Notes under the pieces: generated by a model
Told to the model about the DNA's origin: nothing
What the model saw: the letters and a program-made list of their open reading frames with translations, nothing else
The model's database searches: none
Program-made: the position numbers and the translations under genes
Shown here: piece after piece, positions 1-9,278 of the stretch
Layout of the letters: each line of letters begins with the position of its first letter
How positions within the stretch are numbered: position 1 is the stretch's first letter
Source of the DNA: Kiritimatiellia bacterium
Lineage (GTDB): Bacteria > Verrucomicrobiota > Kiritimatiellia > RFP12 > UBA1067
NCBI GenBank assembly: GCA_017525225.1
Contig: JAFXTB010000171.1
Location: 19,205-83,204 of the forward strand
Direction of reading: 5' to 3'
DNA: 64,000 nucleotides

Positions 1-282
1 GCCAGTCCAGGTGGCGTTTATGCGGCTTGCGAGCTCCTCGGCCCCGATGCTGTTGAGCTGGAAGGTCCTGGTAACAAGGTTCGTCGTCTCCACCAGGCGG
101 TGGTCCTTGATCGTCTCGACCATCACGTTGGTCTTCACCACCGTCACCAGGTTGGTGACGACCATCGGCGTAAGCACCGTCAGGACGTTGGTGACCATCG
201 CCGGCTCTTCCTCCGCCCAGGCGCCGACAGGCGCGCCAGCAAGGACGCAAGACGCTAGACATGCGGCTATCGCTCTTTTCAT
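1..282 (-). CDS. Exported protein, N-terminal part only (runs off the window); possibly a secretin/GspD-like N domain
   Basis: Not in the ORF track; translated by hand from ATG at 282: MKRAIAACLASCVLAGAPVGAWAEEEPAMVTNVLTVLTPMVVTNLVTVVKTNVMVETIKDHRLVETTNLVTRTFQLNSIGAEELASRINATWTG. Sec-type signal peptide; TRTFQLNSIGAEELASRI resembles the Secretin_N start motif. Begins 5 nt after the gatA stop. Confidence 0.5.
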   Translation of the reverse strand, partial: MKRAIAACLASCVLAGAPVGAWAEEEPAMVTNVLTVLTPMVVTNLVTVVKTNVMVETIKDHRLVETTNLVTRTFQLNSIGAEELASRINATWTG

Positions 283-287
283 CGTTA

Positions 288-1754
288 TCACCCCTTCCTT
301 GGCATTCCCAGCCTTGGTCCACCGATCGCATCCTCGAAGGCGCGGCCTATGGACAGAAGCCTATCCTCCCTGAACGCGTCGCAGATGAACTGCACGCCAA
401 CCGGCAGCCCGCCGGCCGTGAAGCCCGCCGGCACTGACATCGCGCAGTTGCCAGCGAGCGAAGACGGTATCGTGAACAGATCGTTGAGATACATCGTCAG
501 CGGGTCCAGCACCTCGCCGAGCTTGAAGGCGGGCGTAGGCGCCACGGGCGTAAGCAGGGCGTCCACCTTCGTGAACACGTCCTCGAAGTCACGGCGGATC
601 AGCGTGCGCACCTTGAGCGCGCGCCCGTAGTAAGCCTCCTGGTAACCGCTGGAAAGGACGTACGTGCCCATGATGATGCGCCGCTTGACCTCCGCGCCGA
701 ACCCCTCCGCCCGGCTGCGGGTGTAGAGCGTGAACACATCCTCCGAGCGCTCGCTGCGGTGCCCGTAGCGCACGCCGTCGAAGCGGGCGAGATTCGCGCT
801 TGCCTCTGCGGGAGCCACGATGTAGTACACGGCCATCGCATACTCCGTGTGCGGCAGCGACACCTCCACCACCTCGGCCCCGGCCGCCGCGCATGCGGCT
901 ATCGCCTTGTCGGTGACAGCCTTCACCTCGGGATCGAGCCCATCGATGAAATACTCCCGTGGAAGCCCGATCTTCACGCCCTTTAGCGAAGCCCCGGCAA
1001 GCGCGGCGGAATAGTCCGGCACCGGCTCGGGCGGCGTCGTGCCGTCCATCTCGTCCTGCCCTGCGAGCGCCTGCAGCAGAAGCGCCGCATCCTCCACGCT
1101 CTTCGTCATGGGGCCTACCTGGTCGAGCGACGAGGCGAACGCCGTCACCCCGTAGCGCGAGACGCGCCCGTAGGACGGCTTCAACCCCACGCACCCGCAG
1201 AACGAGGCAGGCTGACGGATGGATCCGCCCGTATCCGTGCCCAGCGCCGCGATGCAGAGGTCGCCGCCCACGGCAGCGGCGCTTCCGCCCGAGCTTCCGC
1301 CTGGCACGCGCGCGGTGTCGTACGGGTTGCGCGTCGGATGGAAGCCGGAATTCTCGGTGGAGGATCCCATCGCGAATTCGTCCATGTTCACGCGCCCGGC
1401 GCAGATGGCGCCAGCCGACTTGAGATTGCGTATCACGGTTGCGTCGTAGGGCGACACATAGCCCTTGAGTATCTTCGAGGCGCAGGTACAGGGCTGGCCC
1501 TTAACATTGATCAGGTCCTTGATCGCGATCGGGATCCCCAGAAGACCCTTAAGGCCGTTAAGGGCCTTGTCGGCCTCGACGGCCGCGGCGAGAGCCCCTT
1601 CCTCATCGAAGGTCAGATATGCGCCGATCTCGCCGTCCCTGGCATGCACACGGTCGATTACAGCCTTGACCAGATCCGCGCTGGAGAATTCACCCTTCGC
1701 CAGTCCCTCTTTCGCCTCCGCGATTCCAAGCTCGTAAAGTTCCATCTGCGGCAC
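288..1754 (-). CDS. gatA: Asp-tRNA(Asn)/Glu-tRNA(Gln) amidotransferase subunit A
   Basis: Amidase signature PGGSSGGSAAAV and GTDTGGSIRQPASFCG; GatA-specific ASANLARFDGVRYG and EVKRRIIMGTYVLSSGY; adjacent to gatC. Confidence 0.97.
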   Translation of the reverse strand: MPQMELYELGIAEAKEGLAKGEFSSADLVKAVIDRVHARDGEIGAYLTFDEEGALAAAVEADKALNGLKGLLGIPIAIKDLINVKGQPCTCASKILKGYVSPYDATVIRNLKSAGAICAGRVNMDEFAMGSSTENSGFHPTRNPYDTARVPGGSSGGSAAAVGGDLCIAALGTDTGGSIRQPASFCGCVGLKPSYGRVSRYGVTAFASSLDQVGPMTKSVEDAALLLQALAGQDEMDGTTPPEPVPDYSAALAGASLKGVKIGLPREYFIDGLDPEVKAVTDKAIAACAAAGAEVVEVSLPHTEYAMAVYYIVAPAEASANLARFDGVRYGHRSERSEDVFTLYTRSRAEGFGAEVKRRIIMGTYVLSSGYQEAYYGRALKVRTLIRRDFEDVFTKVDALLTPVAPTPAFKLGEVLDPLTMYLNDLFTIPSSLAGNCAMSVPAGFTAGGLPVGVQFICDAFREDRLLSIGRAFEDAIGGPRLGMPRKG

Positions 1755-1755
1755 C

Positions 1756-2055
1756 TCAGCTTTCCGCGCCTTCTACGATCTTGGGCAGCACGAACTCGGT
1801 GGCGCTACGCCGCGGGGCGTTGCCCAGCGCAAGATCGCGGTCCATCGACGGCCGCACCACGTCCTCACGCAGCGCGTTGACGATCGCGCGTCCGTGGAGC
1901 GTCGGCGGAACGTCGGAGACGTCCACCTCGGATATCTTCTCTACATACTTGACGATGTTCTCGAGCTGTGGCTGGAATACCGATTTCTCCTCGTCCGTCA
2001 GCTCCAGCCGCGCCAGCTCGGCGACATACGCCACATCGATTACGGCTTTTTCCAT
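1756..2055 (-). CDS. gatC: Asp-tRNA(Asn)/Glu-tRNA(Gln) amidotransferase subunit C
   Basis: 99 aa; VAYVAELARLEL, LREDVV, FVLPKIV motifs; immediately upstream of gatA. Confidence 0.95.
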   Translation of the reverse strand: MEKAVIDVAYVAELARLELTDEEKSVFQPQLENIVKYVEKISEVDVSDVPPTLHGRAIVNALREDVVRPSMDRDLALGNAPRRSATEFVLPKIVEGAES

Positions 2056-2061
2056 GGCCGC

Positions 2062-2070
2062 ATTATAGCA
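2062..2070 (-). promoter_or_regulatory. Putative extended -10 promoter element of gatCA
   Basis: Plus-strand attatagca = TGCTATAAT on minus, 6 nt upstream of the gatC ATG (would give a leaderless or very short-leader transcript). Confidence 0.5.
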
Positions 2071-2097
2071 AAAATCGGAGAGGTAGGGAAGAGGGCA

Positions 2098-2667
2098 TCA
2101 GCCGTTGCCATTGATCTCGCGGAGGATGGCCTCGATCCCGGCCTTGCATCTGCCGCAGCCGCCGCCCGCCTTCGTGAAGTTGGTGACTTCCTCCACGGTC
2201 GTGAGCTGGTTCTCGGTGATTACGCGCCGCACCTCGTTCTCGGACACGTTGTAGCAGGTACAAAGCAGCTTCTCCTCCAGGTTTCTGTCCGCGTTCTCGC
2301 CCGTCTCGTAGTTCCTGATCGCGGCCTCAAGGGCCTCGCGACCCATCACGCTACAATGCATCTTCTGGGGCGGCAGGCCGCCAAGGTAGTCGGCTATCTG
2401 CTGGTTCGTGATCGCCTTGGCCTCCTCGAGCGTCTTGCCGATGACCATCTCGGTGAGGGCGCTGGAACTCGCGATGGCGGAGGCGCACCCGAAAGTCTGG
2501 AACTTCGCGTCGGCGATCCTGCCCTCGGCGTCCAGCTTGAACTGGAACGTCAGCGCATCGCCGCACGCAAGCGACCCAACGGTTGCCGTACCGTCCGGGT
2601 GCTCTATCGTCCCCACGTTCCGCGGGTTGCGGAAATGGTCCATCACCTTTTCTGTATAGTTCCACAT
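2098..2667 (-). CDS. nifU: Fe-S cluster scaffold, NifU/IscU N-terminal domain plus BFD-like [2Fe-2S] domain
   Basis: YTEKVMDHFRNPRNVG, ACGD, FQTFGCASAIASSS, KMHCS; second domain LCTCYNV...AGGGCGRC. Lacks the C-terminal NifU domain. Upstream TGATATAAT at 2700-2708. Confidence 0.9.
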   Translation of the reverse strand: MWNYTEKVMDHFRNPRNVGTIEHPDGTATVGSLACGDALTFQFKLDAEGRIADAKFQTFGCASAIASSSALTEMVIGKTLEEAKAITNQQIADYLGGLPPQKMHCSVMGREALEAAIRNYETGENADRNLEEKLLCTCYNVSENEVRRVITENQLTTVEEVTNFTKAGGGCGRCKAGIEAILREINGNG

Positions 2668-2731
2668 GACGTAGCTCCCTGCTCCTGCAAAGAGCTAGAA
2701 TTATATCAAAACCAGCCCCGCCGTTCAAGTG

Positions 2732-4945
2732 CTACCGGGCGGTGACGGAGCGCAGGAAGAGGTTGGTCGGATGACCGCTACGGGTAAACGTGATGCGAAT
2801 GCCCTCCAGCCGCTGACGTTCGAAGCGACATGTGTTGGGAATGCTGTTCACACCACCCTTGAGACGGCTTGCGTCCTTCACGGACACAAGCATGCGCCAG
2901 GAACCGCCCTCCAGCCCTTCCACCGTGAAATCCTCCGCCGGGCAGCTCGACTTCCACGCCAGATGTCCGGAGCAGACCTCCACCTCCGAGAGCGTGAGAG
3001 GCCGCGTGAACGTCATCGTCAGCACTGAATTGCTCGGCGAGATCGAGATGCCGTCCAGCCGGTCGGCCCCGTCGCCCACAAGCTCGTCGGCGACGAACCG
3101 CCTGCCGGCGGCGTTCTCCATCACCGCGCTTTGCAGGGTGTCTACGGTGAGCAGCCCTGCTGGACGCGTCTTGTACGGCGCGCCCTCCACCGTCGGCGGC
3201 ATCGCCGCAAGAGCGGCGGCGGTCTTCCCGATGGCGGGCCACACGTTGTGGATGTTCATCTCCTCGTAGATGCCGAGATAGTCCACGTCCTCCCTGGCCA
3301 GCGCTGTAAGCTGGCGGTATAGCTCGCCGCCAAGCTCCTTCGCCGGCCAGTTGCGGCAGACGGCCGTGAAGTAGAAGTCGAACCCTACGCCCACCCCATT
3401 CGCGCGGCAGACGTTGATGAGGCGCTTGACGTTGTCCGCCGTGGCGAAATGCCTTGGGTGGTCGCCGTCGCGCCAGCGCGGCTCGATGAGCATGTCGTCG
3501 CAGAGCCGTTCCTCCACGATCCTCTCCGGCGGCAGATACCAGCCACAGGTATCGTTGGCGTCCAGCGACGGATTCGGCGCCTGGAACATGCAAAGCCTCT
3601 TTCCCGCCGAGCCCACCACGGGCTTCACCTCGCGCAGCCATTCCATCACCGCCTCGCCATGGAGCGCGCGCAGCCTGAAAAGCTTGTAGTCGCCATCCGC
3701 AGGCCTGCCCCAGCGCTCGTCGTAGCGCTTCAGGATCGCGGGATGGAAGAGGCATTCGCGCTGCGGAGCGTTGTCCATGCCCCACAGGCTGTTGTGTTGG
3801 TAGTGCGTCTTGAACGCGATCCCCGAAACGCCCTCGTACGACAATATCTCGCGCACGACCGCCGTCTTGTGGGCGCGAACCTCGGGACACGCAAAGCAAA
3901 GAAGCCCCCAGCGCGGACGCCCTTCCCGGTTCCTGCAGCGGAATTCCGGATGCTCCTCCATGAACCTGTCCGACCACATCTTGATCGGCGGCAGGCAGCG
4001 CCGTCCATCGTCGAACGGGTCGTACCAGGCATAAAGCTCGATACCATGCTTTCTGGCGGCCTTCCCGGCGAGAGCGAGCGAGTCGCCGTCCTCCGCCGCC
4101 CTCAGCACGCACGAGCCTATCCCGGAATAGCGCCGGTTGAGGACGTTGAAGCTGGCGATCTGGGGGAACAGACGCTTCCTCTCGTCGGGCGGGATCACGG
4201 TCACGTCGCCGTTGAGCGTCACGAAGCGGGTGCCGTACTGGCTCCAGTCCGCCGGCTCCATCAGTTCGTCGACCTTCTCCATGTCGCCATTCGCCAGAAG
4301 TTCCCTGTCGGGCGAATCGAGCCAGCGCAGCGAAAGGCTGTCGACCACGAACACATGCGTACCCTCGGCGCCCGCAGAGAACACGCCCACATGGAACGGA
4401 CGCTCCGCCGTGAAGCGGACCTCCAACCGCTGCAGATCGTACCCGTGCACCTCTCCGCTCCTTGCAAGCGTTGCACCGGTCTCGGCGTCCTGCACGGCGA
4501 GAAACGCGCCGGACGGCAGGGCGTCGGAGCCGACCATGGCACGGAACATGAACTCACCGCGTCCCTTCGGCTTCACCAGCTGGCGGATTCCGCCGAATCC
4601 ACCCGGGGGATTCGGTCCCACCCCCACCTTCGCCGCGAACGCGCCATCGTGGCAGCGCGCGTCGGCGGCGGAGCGGATGCGCGACACCTCGGCCCTGGAA
4701 TAGTTGAGCTTCGATGGATAGTTGGCGATCTGCGCCATGCAACGCCACGTGACGCGTCTGACGCCGTGCGACCTGCAGTCGGCGAAGAAGCGGTCGATCC
4801 AGTTCGAGCCGCAGTATGGACGCACCCCTCCGAGATTGTCGAAGTAGTCAACGTCGATCAGCAGCTTCGGCTGTTCGGTGCGGCCGCAGGCCGCGCACAC
4901 GCATCCCGCAGCCAGCAGCACGGAAAACACAGGTTTCATTTGCAT
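2732..4945 (-). CDS. Exported (possibly lipo-) protein with GHL10/DUF187-like TIM barrel, inserted beta-sandwich and C-terminal discoidin-like domain
   Basis: Start reassigned to MQMKPVFSVLLAAGCVCAACG (signal/lipobox-like); motifs GIELYAWYDPFDD and LCFACPEVRAH resemble GHL10; C-terminal DFTVEGLEGGSWR...GIRITFT resembles F5/8. Confidence 0.6.
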   Translation of the reverse strand: MQMKPVFSVLLAAGCVCAACGRTEQPKLLIDVDYFDNLGGVRPYCGSNWIDRFFADCRSHGVRRVTWRCMAQIANYPSKLNYSRAEVSRIRSAADARCHDGAFAAKVGVGPNPPGGFGGIRQLVKPKGRGEFMFRAMVGSDALPSGAFLAVQDAETGATLARSGEVHGYDLQRLEVRFTAERPFHVGVFSAGAEGTHVFVVDSLSLRWLDSPDRELLANGDMEKVDELMEPADWSQYGTRFVTLNGDVTVIPPDERKRLFPQIASFNVLNRRYSGIGSCVLRAAEDGDSLALAGKAARKHGIELYAWYDPFDDGRRCLPPIKMWSDRFMEEHPEFRCRNREGRPRWGLLCFACPEVRAHKTAVVREILSYEGVSGIAFKTHYQHNSLWGMDNAPQRECLFHPAILKRYDERWGRPADGDYKLFRLRALHGEAVMEWLREVKPVVGSAGKRLCMFQAPNPSLDANDTCGWYLPPERIVEERLCDDMLIEPRWRDGDHPRHFATADNVKRLINVCRANGVGVGFDFYFTAVCRNWPAKELGGELYRQLTALAREDVDYLGIYEEMNIHNVWPAIGKTAAALAAMPPTVEGAPYKTRPAGLLTVDTLQSAVMENAAGRRFVADELVGDGADRLDGISISPSNSVLTMTFTRPLTLSEVEVCSGHLAWKSSCPAEDFTVEGLEGGSWRMLVSVKDASRLKGGVNSIPNTCRFERQRLEGIRITFTRSGHPTNLFLRSVTAR

Positions 4946-4959
4946 GGCGAGCGCCGATC

Positions 4960-7900
4960 CTACTTGAAGTACAGCGTGGTTCCAAGGAGCGTGCGGCCGG
5001 TCACCACAAGTACGCCCGTGCCGGAGAAATGGACGTCGTCCACCACGTCCACCTCGCCTGCATGGTCGGACGAGCCATAGCGCCGTCCACGCCCGCGCTG
5101 CGGCATGCCGTCCAGCATCAGCGAGTCGATTGAAAGCGTCCCGGTTCCGCCAAGCGCCACGCGTCCGCCGGCATCGACCTTCAGCGCGGTCGTCGCACTC
5201 ACTGCCGGTGCGCTGGCGTTGCATGCGACGGACAACGTGGCATCTGCCGCGACCGTCACGTTCGTGACGTTCCTCAACCGGCCGGAGATCTCAAGCGTTC
5301 CCGCGTCCACGCTCGCCGACCCGGTCATGAGGGAACCGGTCGAAGATACGGTCATGGTGCCCTTGCCGGTCTTCTTGAGGAGCCCCGCCCCACGCAAGGG
5401 ATTGTCCAGCGTGAACGTCATCGTCTTGCCTTCATCGACCTCGATCTCGCCGACGCCTGCAAGGTTGAAGTATGCCGTGAACGAAAAGGCCGTGGCGAGC
5501 GGGTTGAACACGCCTCCAGTGAAAGTGAAGGCCCGGTTGCCAGACATCGCGTTCAGCCGCATGCGGCCGCCGTTGAGGAATATCTCGCCGTTGCCTGTCG
5601 AAGTTGCAAACGTGCCGTTGCATTCGAAGAGTCCACCATCCTGGATGAAGACTCCATAGCCCTTGTTGCGCCTTATCTCCAGCGATTTATTGGCCTTGAT
5701 GCGCAACGTACCGTTCACCAGGTGGTACGTACCAGTACCGCCGGCCGTAGCGGCCGCAGCGGCGAATCCGAGGATGCCGTGCACACCATAGCTGTGGTTC
5801 GGCTCCACAACGCCACCTTCCTGCCTGAACCGCCCGTTGCCAGGATCGGTCGCACTCGAATTCATCGCGTAGAGCGCCGTGGTGCCGCCGACCGACGCGT
5901 TCTCACCGCGAATGACGAATTCCGGCGTATGGTCCGGATCGCTCCGGTCCGGTGCGGAGGGGACGAGCATGACGTTTTCAACGCTTCCCTCGGTGATGAC
6001 ACGTCCAGACTCCACGTAGAGGTAGTTGTCCCTGCTGGCGGTGCCGCTCATGCCGCGCCGCAGCACAAGCGTACCCCTGCCGCGCTTGTACATCTTGCTT
6101 CCACCTCCGTCCAGATGGACAAGATGGTCGAGGACGAGCGTCCTCCCCTCCTCCACGAACACCTCGCCGCCGTTGAAGATGTTGAGGGTGTTGGACGATT
6201 CCGCGGGGGACGAGTTGGTAAGCACACCATCCACGGCCGTCGGCGCGTACGTGAGCGACCTCAGCGTATGGCTGGCGAGGTCGAACTGGAGAGTTCCCGC
6301 GGCAAGCGAGAGATCCGCGTCCGCGTTGCTGCCGGAAGGCAGGACGCCGTTGACCCAGTTGCCGGACGACGACCATTGCCCGTCGGAGGCCTCGCCCGTC
6401 CAGCGGCCGAGGACCACCTCGCCCACCGCAAGGGATCCTTCGCCCGTGATGAAGGCGCAGTTGTTGGACGTATACAGCAGCCCGGCCTGCATCTGCGTGT
6501 CGCCGTACGTCAGGCCGGTTGCCGTGCTCGTACCTGTCAGATGCAGCGTTGCGCCATTCGACACCACTATGTCCCCGACGAGCGCCCCGGGCAGCTGGAG
6601 CGTACCGGCGACGACGGTGACGTCGTTGGAGTGCGCCACCGGGATGCTCAAAGCGCCCGCGCCCGCCTTCGTGAAAGAGCCTTCCCCTGTCGGCGAGCCG
6701 TTGAACGTGATGCTGGAGTTGGCGGGCACGTCGAACGTGGTGTTCCCCAGAAGCGACCAGGCCACCGGCACGACCAGCGCCGAGGCATGCGTGGTGAACG
6801 TGCCGCCGGAGAGGCGGAACGTGTAGCTGCTTGCGGCGGCGCCGGCCAGGGACATCGTACCCCCGTTCAGCTCCAGCCAGCCCACGCCATAGTTGACGTT
6901 GCCTATCAGGCTCGTGCCGCCATCCTGGCGGAATATGCCGACCGAGGGCGAGGATCCCATCGTCAACGTCTTGTTGGAGAAGTTCAGCGTGCCCGACACC
7001 AGATGGTACGTGCCGGTGGCGACACTCTGGCCGCTAGGCGCATCGCAGAGCTGCATGGCGGTACCCCAGCTCGAAGCTGGCGTCACAGTCCCGCCCAGCT
7101 GCGTGTAGATTCCACAGCCGGGATTCGGGAACGCCTCGGTGGTCCTGTTCGGCCCCGCGACGTATGTAGTGCCGTTGTAGACGGCATTGTCGAGGAATAC
7201 CGTCTCGGCTACGCCTTCATCGCGAATCGACCCCAGCTGCGCCGTGACGATCGATACGCTCGACATGGCGCAATCGATCTCGCAACGCCCTTCCTGCACG
7301 TACAGATAGGCATACGGTCCGCTGTTGACGACCGCCGTCGAGACCCCGCCGCAGAATACGAGCGTGCCCTTGCCGCGCTTGTAGAGTGTCGCGCCATCTA
7401 TGACGACAGGACCCGCCAGCGCCAGCGTGTCGCCCTCGCCCACGGTTATGACCGCACCTTCTGCGAAGTGCATGGCCGTGGCGGCCCTGTTGGTAAGCAT
7501 GGCGTCGCCGGCCGCGTCATAACTGAGCGATGAGACGACAACCCCGCCATCCTGCGTGATCTCCCCCGATGCCGCCGAAAGGTCTATGCCGACACTCTGC
7601 CCCAGAGGCGATATGCCCGCCTGCCAGTTGCCCGGCGAAGACCACAGGCCGTCGTCCGCAAGCCCAGACCACGCCATCGTACCGACCAACAGCGTGCCGC
7701 CGCCGGTGACGAACGATCCCACTCCAGACACGTAAGCGCCATCGGCTACGGCGACGCCGCCAAACGTGACGTTCCTGAGGCTGCGCACCATGCCGGACGG
7801 AATACGCACCTTGCCGTCATCTTCGATGACAAGTACGGTGTCGTCCGTGAAGCCAAACCCGTTCGACATGTCTAGTACGCCATTGTCGCGAACCGTCACG

Positions 7901-9249
7901 ACACGCGCGTTGGCGGGGAGCGTCATCACGGACGCCGCCGCCACCACACCCGTCCCGCAGATAGTCATCGACTTGATGTTCGCAGGCACCGTGGCGTTGA
8001 GCGTGCCGCCGGCCACGGTGAAGTCGTTCTGCCCGGAAAGAGCGATCCCTATGGAGAACGTGCCGTTGCTGACCACGACCGGACCGGTGAACTGCTTTGT
8101 ATGGCCACCCAGGACAAGCGACCCCGTGCCCGTCTTGATAATTCCACCCGCGCCGGGGGCATGGTTGCCGAACGTGCATGTGAAGGAATCCAGTACGTTG
8201 AACTCCACGGTTCCTTCAATGTTCAGCGGGCTGCCTGTAGAGATCGTCATGTCGCCGAAAGCCCCGATCAGCGCATTGCTCGCCGTCATCGAACCCGCGC
8301 CCGCATACAATGTAAGCTTGCTGCCCAGCCACAGCTCTCCGCCCAGCAGCTCGTATGCTCCATTCCCGATATTCGTCTTGCTGTCCCAAAGATTGACGGT
8401 ATTCCACTTCGCCTGGCCACCGGTCTGGTGGACGACACCAGTGCCGTAGAACGATACGTAGAAGGTCTTGGTCTGTCCATCGATCACGCCGCCGGATATG
8501 TCGACCAGACCGTATGAACCATGGCCATGCGCATTCAGGAAGCATCCTGCACTCCCGAAATTGGTGGCTACGAGAGTGCCGCCCCGCATGTCGATGATAG
8601 AGCGTGAGCCGTCACCAAACGCCGGCTCCCAGTCGCTCACCACCTTGCTGCCGACCAGCGGGTTGGCTATGCACCCTTCCTCCATCACGAACCTAGCGAT
8701 AGGCTTTGATGGATCGGAGCTGGTACGAAGCGACATTCCCTGCATGTTGCCGGTAGACGCCAGCGTTACAAGCCCCTCCTCATGCAGGAAGTTCCGTGCA
8801 GCATTGCCATAGCCCTTCAGAATAGCGGTAATGCGCCATTCGCCCGCACCGGACTTGTAGAGAGCGGGATATCCGGCCACCACGTTGCAGGCGGTATCCA
8901 GCAAGGCCTGTTCGCCGACAGCCACCCTGGTTATGACGCTCAGCTGGCTGCCGGTGAAGGTGAGCTTGTTGGTGGCGCCAGCCGTGACAGCCGGGATGTA
9001 GACTATCTCGGAGACCTCCTGCGCAGAACCGAGGTTCACGGTCTTGTCGCCGGTGATCACGGAGAAGTCGGCGATGTCGCCACTTCCCGGCTTGCTGCCT
9101 CCGACCCAGTTGGCGCCGGTCTTCCATTCGCCGCCGACATCCTCCTTCCAGTAGTATGTGTCGGCGGGGAGCATGCCGGCCGCCATCAGCATGATCGCTG
9201 CCAGGCATTGCCTCATCGAACGAACGAGGGATGATTCCGGTGTTTTCAT
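4960..9249 (-). CDS. Large secreted autotransporter-associated beta-strand repeat protein with three tandem modules and no beta-barrel
   Basis: ATG at 9249 with AAGGAAGGA RBS; signal peptide; repeats LYKSGAGEW, IIKTGTGSLVL, LYKRGKGTLVF, FTKAGAGAL, MYKRGRGTLVL, LKKTGKGTMTV; ends ...LLGTTLYFK. Confidence 0.85.
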   Translation of the reverse strand: MKTPESSLVRSMRQCLAAIMLMAAGMLPADTYYWKEDVGGEWKTGANWVGGSKPGSGDIADFSVITGDKTVNLGSAQEVSEIVYIPAVTAGATNKLTFTGSQLSVITRVAVGEQALLDTACNVVAGYPALYKSGAGEWRITAILKGYGNAARNFLHEEGLVTLASTGNMQGMSLRTSSDPSKPIARFVMEEGCIANPLVGSKVVSDWEPAFGDGSRSIIDMRGGTLVATNFGSAGCFLNAHGHGSYGLVDISGGVIDGQTKTFYVSFYGTGVVHQTGGQAKWNTVNLWDSKTNIGNGAYELLGGELWLGSKLTLYAGAGSMTASNALIGAFGDMTISTGSPLNIEGTVEFNVLDSFTCTFGNHAPGAGGIIKTGTGSLVLGGHTKQFTGPVVVSNGTFSIGIALSGQNDFTVAGGTLNATVPANIKSMTICGTGVVAAASVMTLPANARVVTVRDNGVLDMSNGFGFTDDTVLVIEDDGKVRIPSGMVRSLRNVTFGGVAVADGAYVSGVGSFVTGGGTLLVGTMAWSGLADDGLWSSPGNWQAGISPLGQSVGIDLSAASGEITQDGGVVVSSLSYDAAGDAMLTNRAATAMHFAEGAVITVGEGDTLALAGPVVIDGATLYKRGKGTLVFCGGVSTAVVNSGPYAYLYVQEGRCEIDCAMSSVSIVTAQLGSIRDEGVAETVFLDNAVYNGTTYVAGPNRTTEAFPNPGCGIYTQLGGTVTPASSWGTAMQLCDAPSGQSVATGTYHLVSGTLNFSNKTLTMGSSPSVGIFRQDGGTSLIGNVNYGVGWLELNGGTMSLAGAAASSYTFRLSGGTFTTHASALVVPVAWSLLGNTTFDVPANSSITFNGSPTGEGSFTKAGAGALSIPVAHSNDVTVVAGTLQLPGALVGDIVVSNGATLHLTGTSTATGLTYGDTQMQAGLLYTSNNCAFITGEGSLAVGEVVLGRWTGEASDGQWSSSGNWVNGVLPSGSNADADLSLAAGTLQFDLASHTLRSLTYAPTAVDGVLTNSSPAESSNTLNIFNGGEVFVEEGRTLVLDHLVHLDGGGSKMYKRGRGTLVLRRGMSGTASRDNYLYVESGRVITEGSVENVMLVPSAPDRSDPDHTPEFVIRGENASVGGTTALYAMNSSATDPGNGRFRQEGGVVEPNHSYGVHGILGFAAAAATAGGTGTYHLVNGTLRIKANKSLEIRRNKGYGVFIQDGGLFECNGTFATSTGNGEIFLNGGRMRLNAMSGNRAFTFTGGVFNPLATAFSFTAYFNLAGVGEIEVDEGKTMTFTLDNPLRGAGLLKKTGKGTMTVSSTGSLMTGSASVDAGTLEISGRLRNVTNVTVAADATLSVACNASAPAVSATTALKVDAGGRVALGGTGTLSIDSLMLDGMPQRGRGRRYGSSDHAGEVDVVDDVHFSGTGVLVVTGRTLLGTTLYFK

Positions 9250-9278
9250 GGTTCTGTCCTTCCTTTGCAATGTGTTCA

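Noticed and set aside
2098-2667. Nitrogen fixation cluster
   Set aside because: NifU-type scaffolds serve general Fe-S assembly in anaerobes; no nifHDK nearby.
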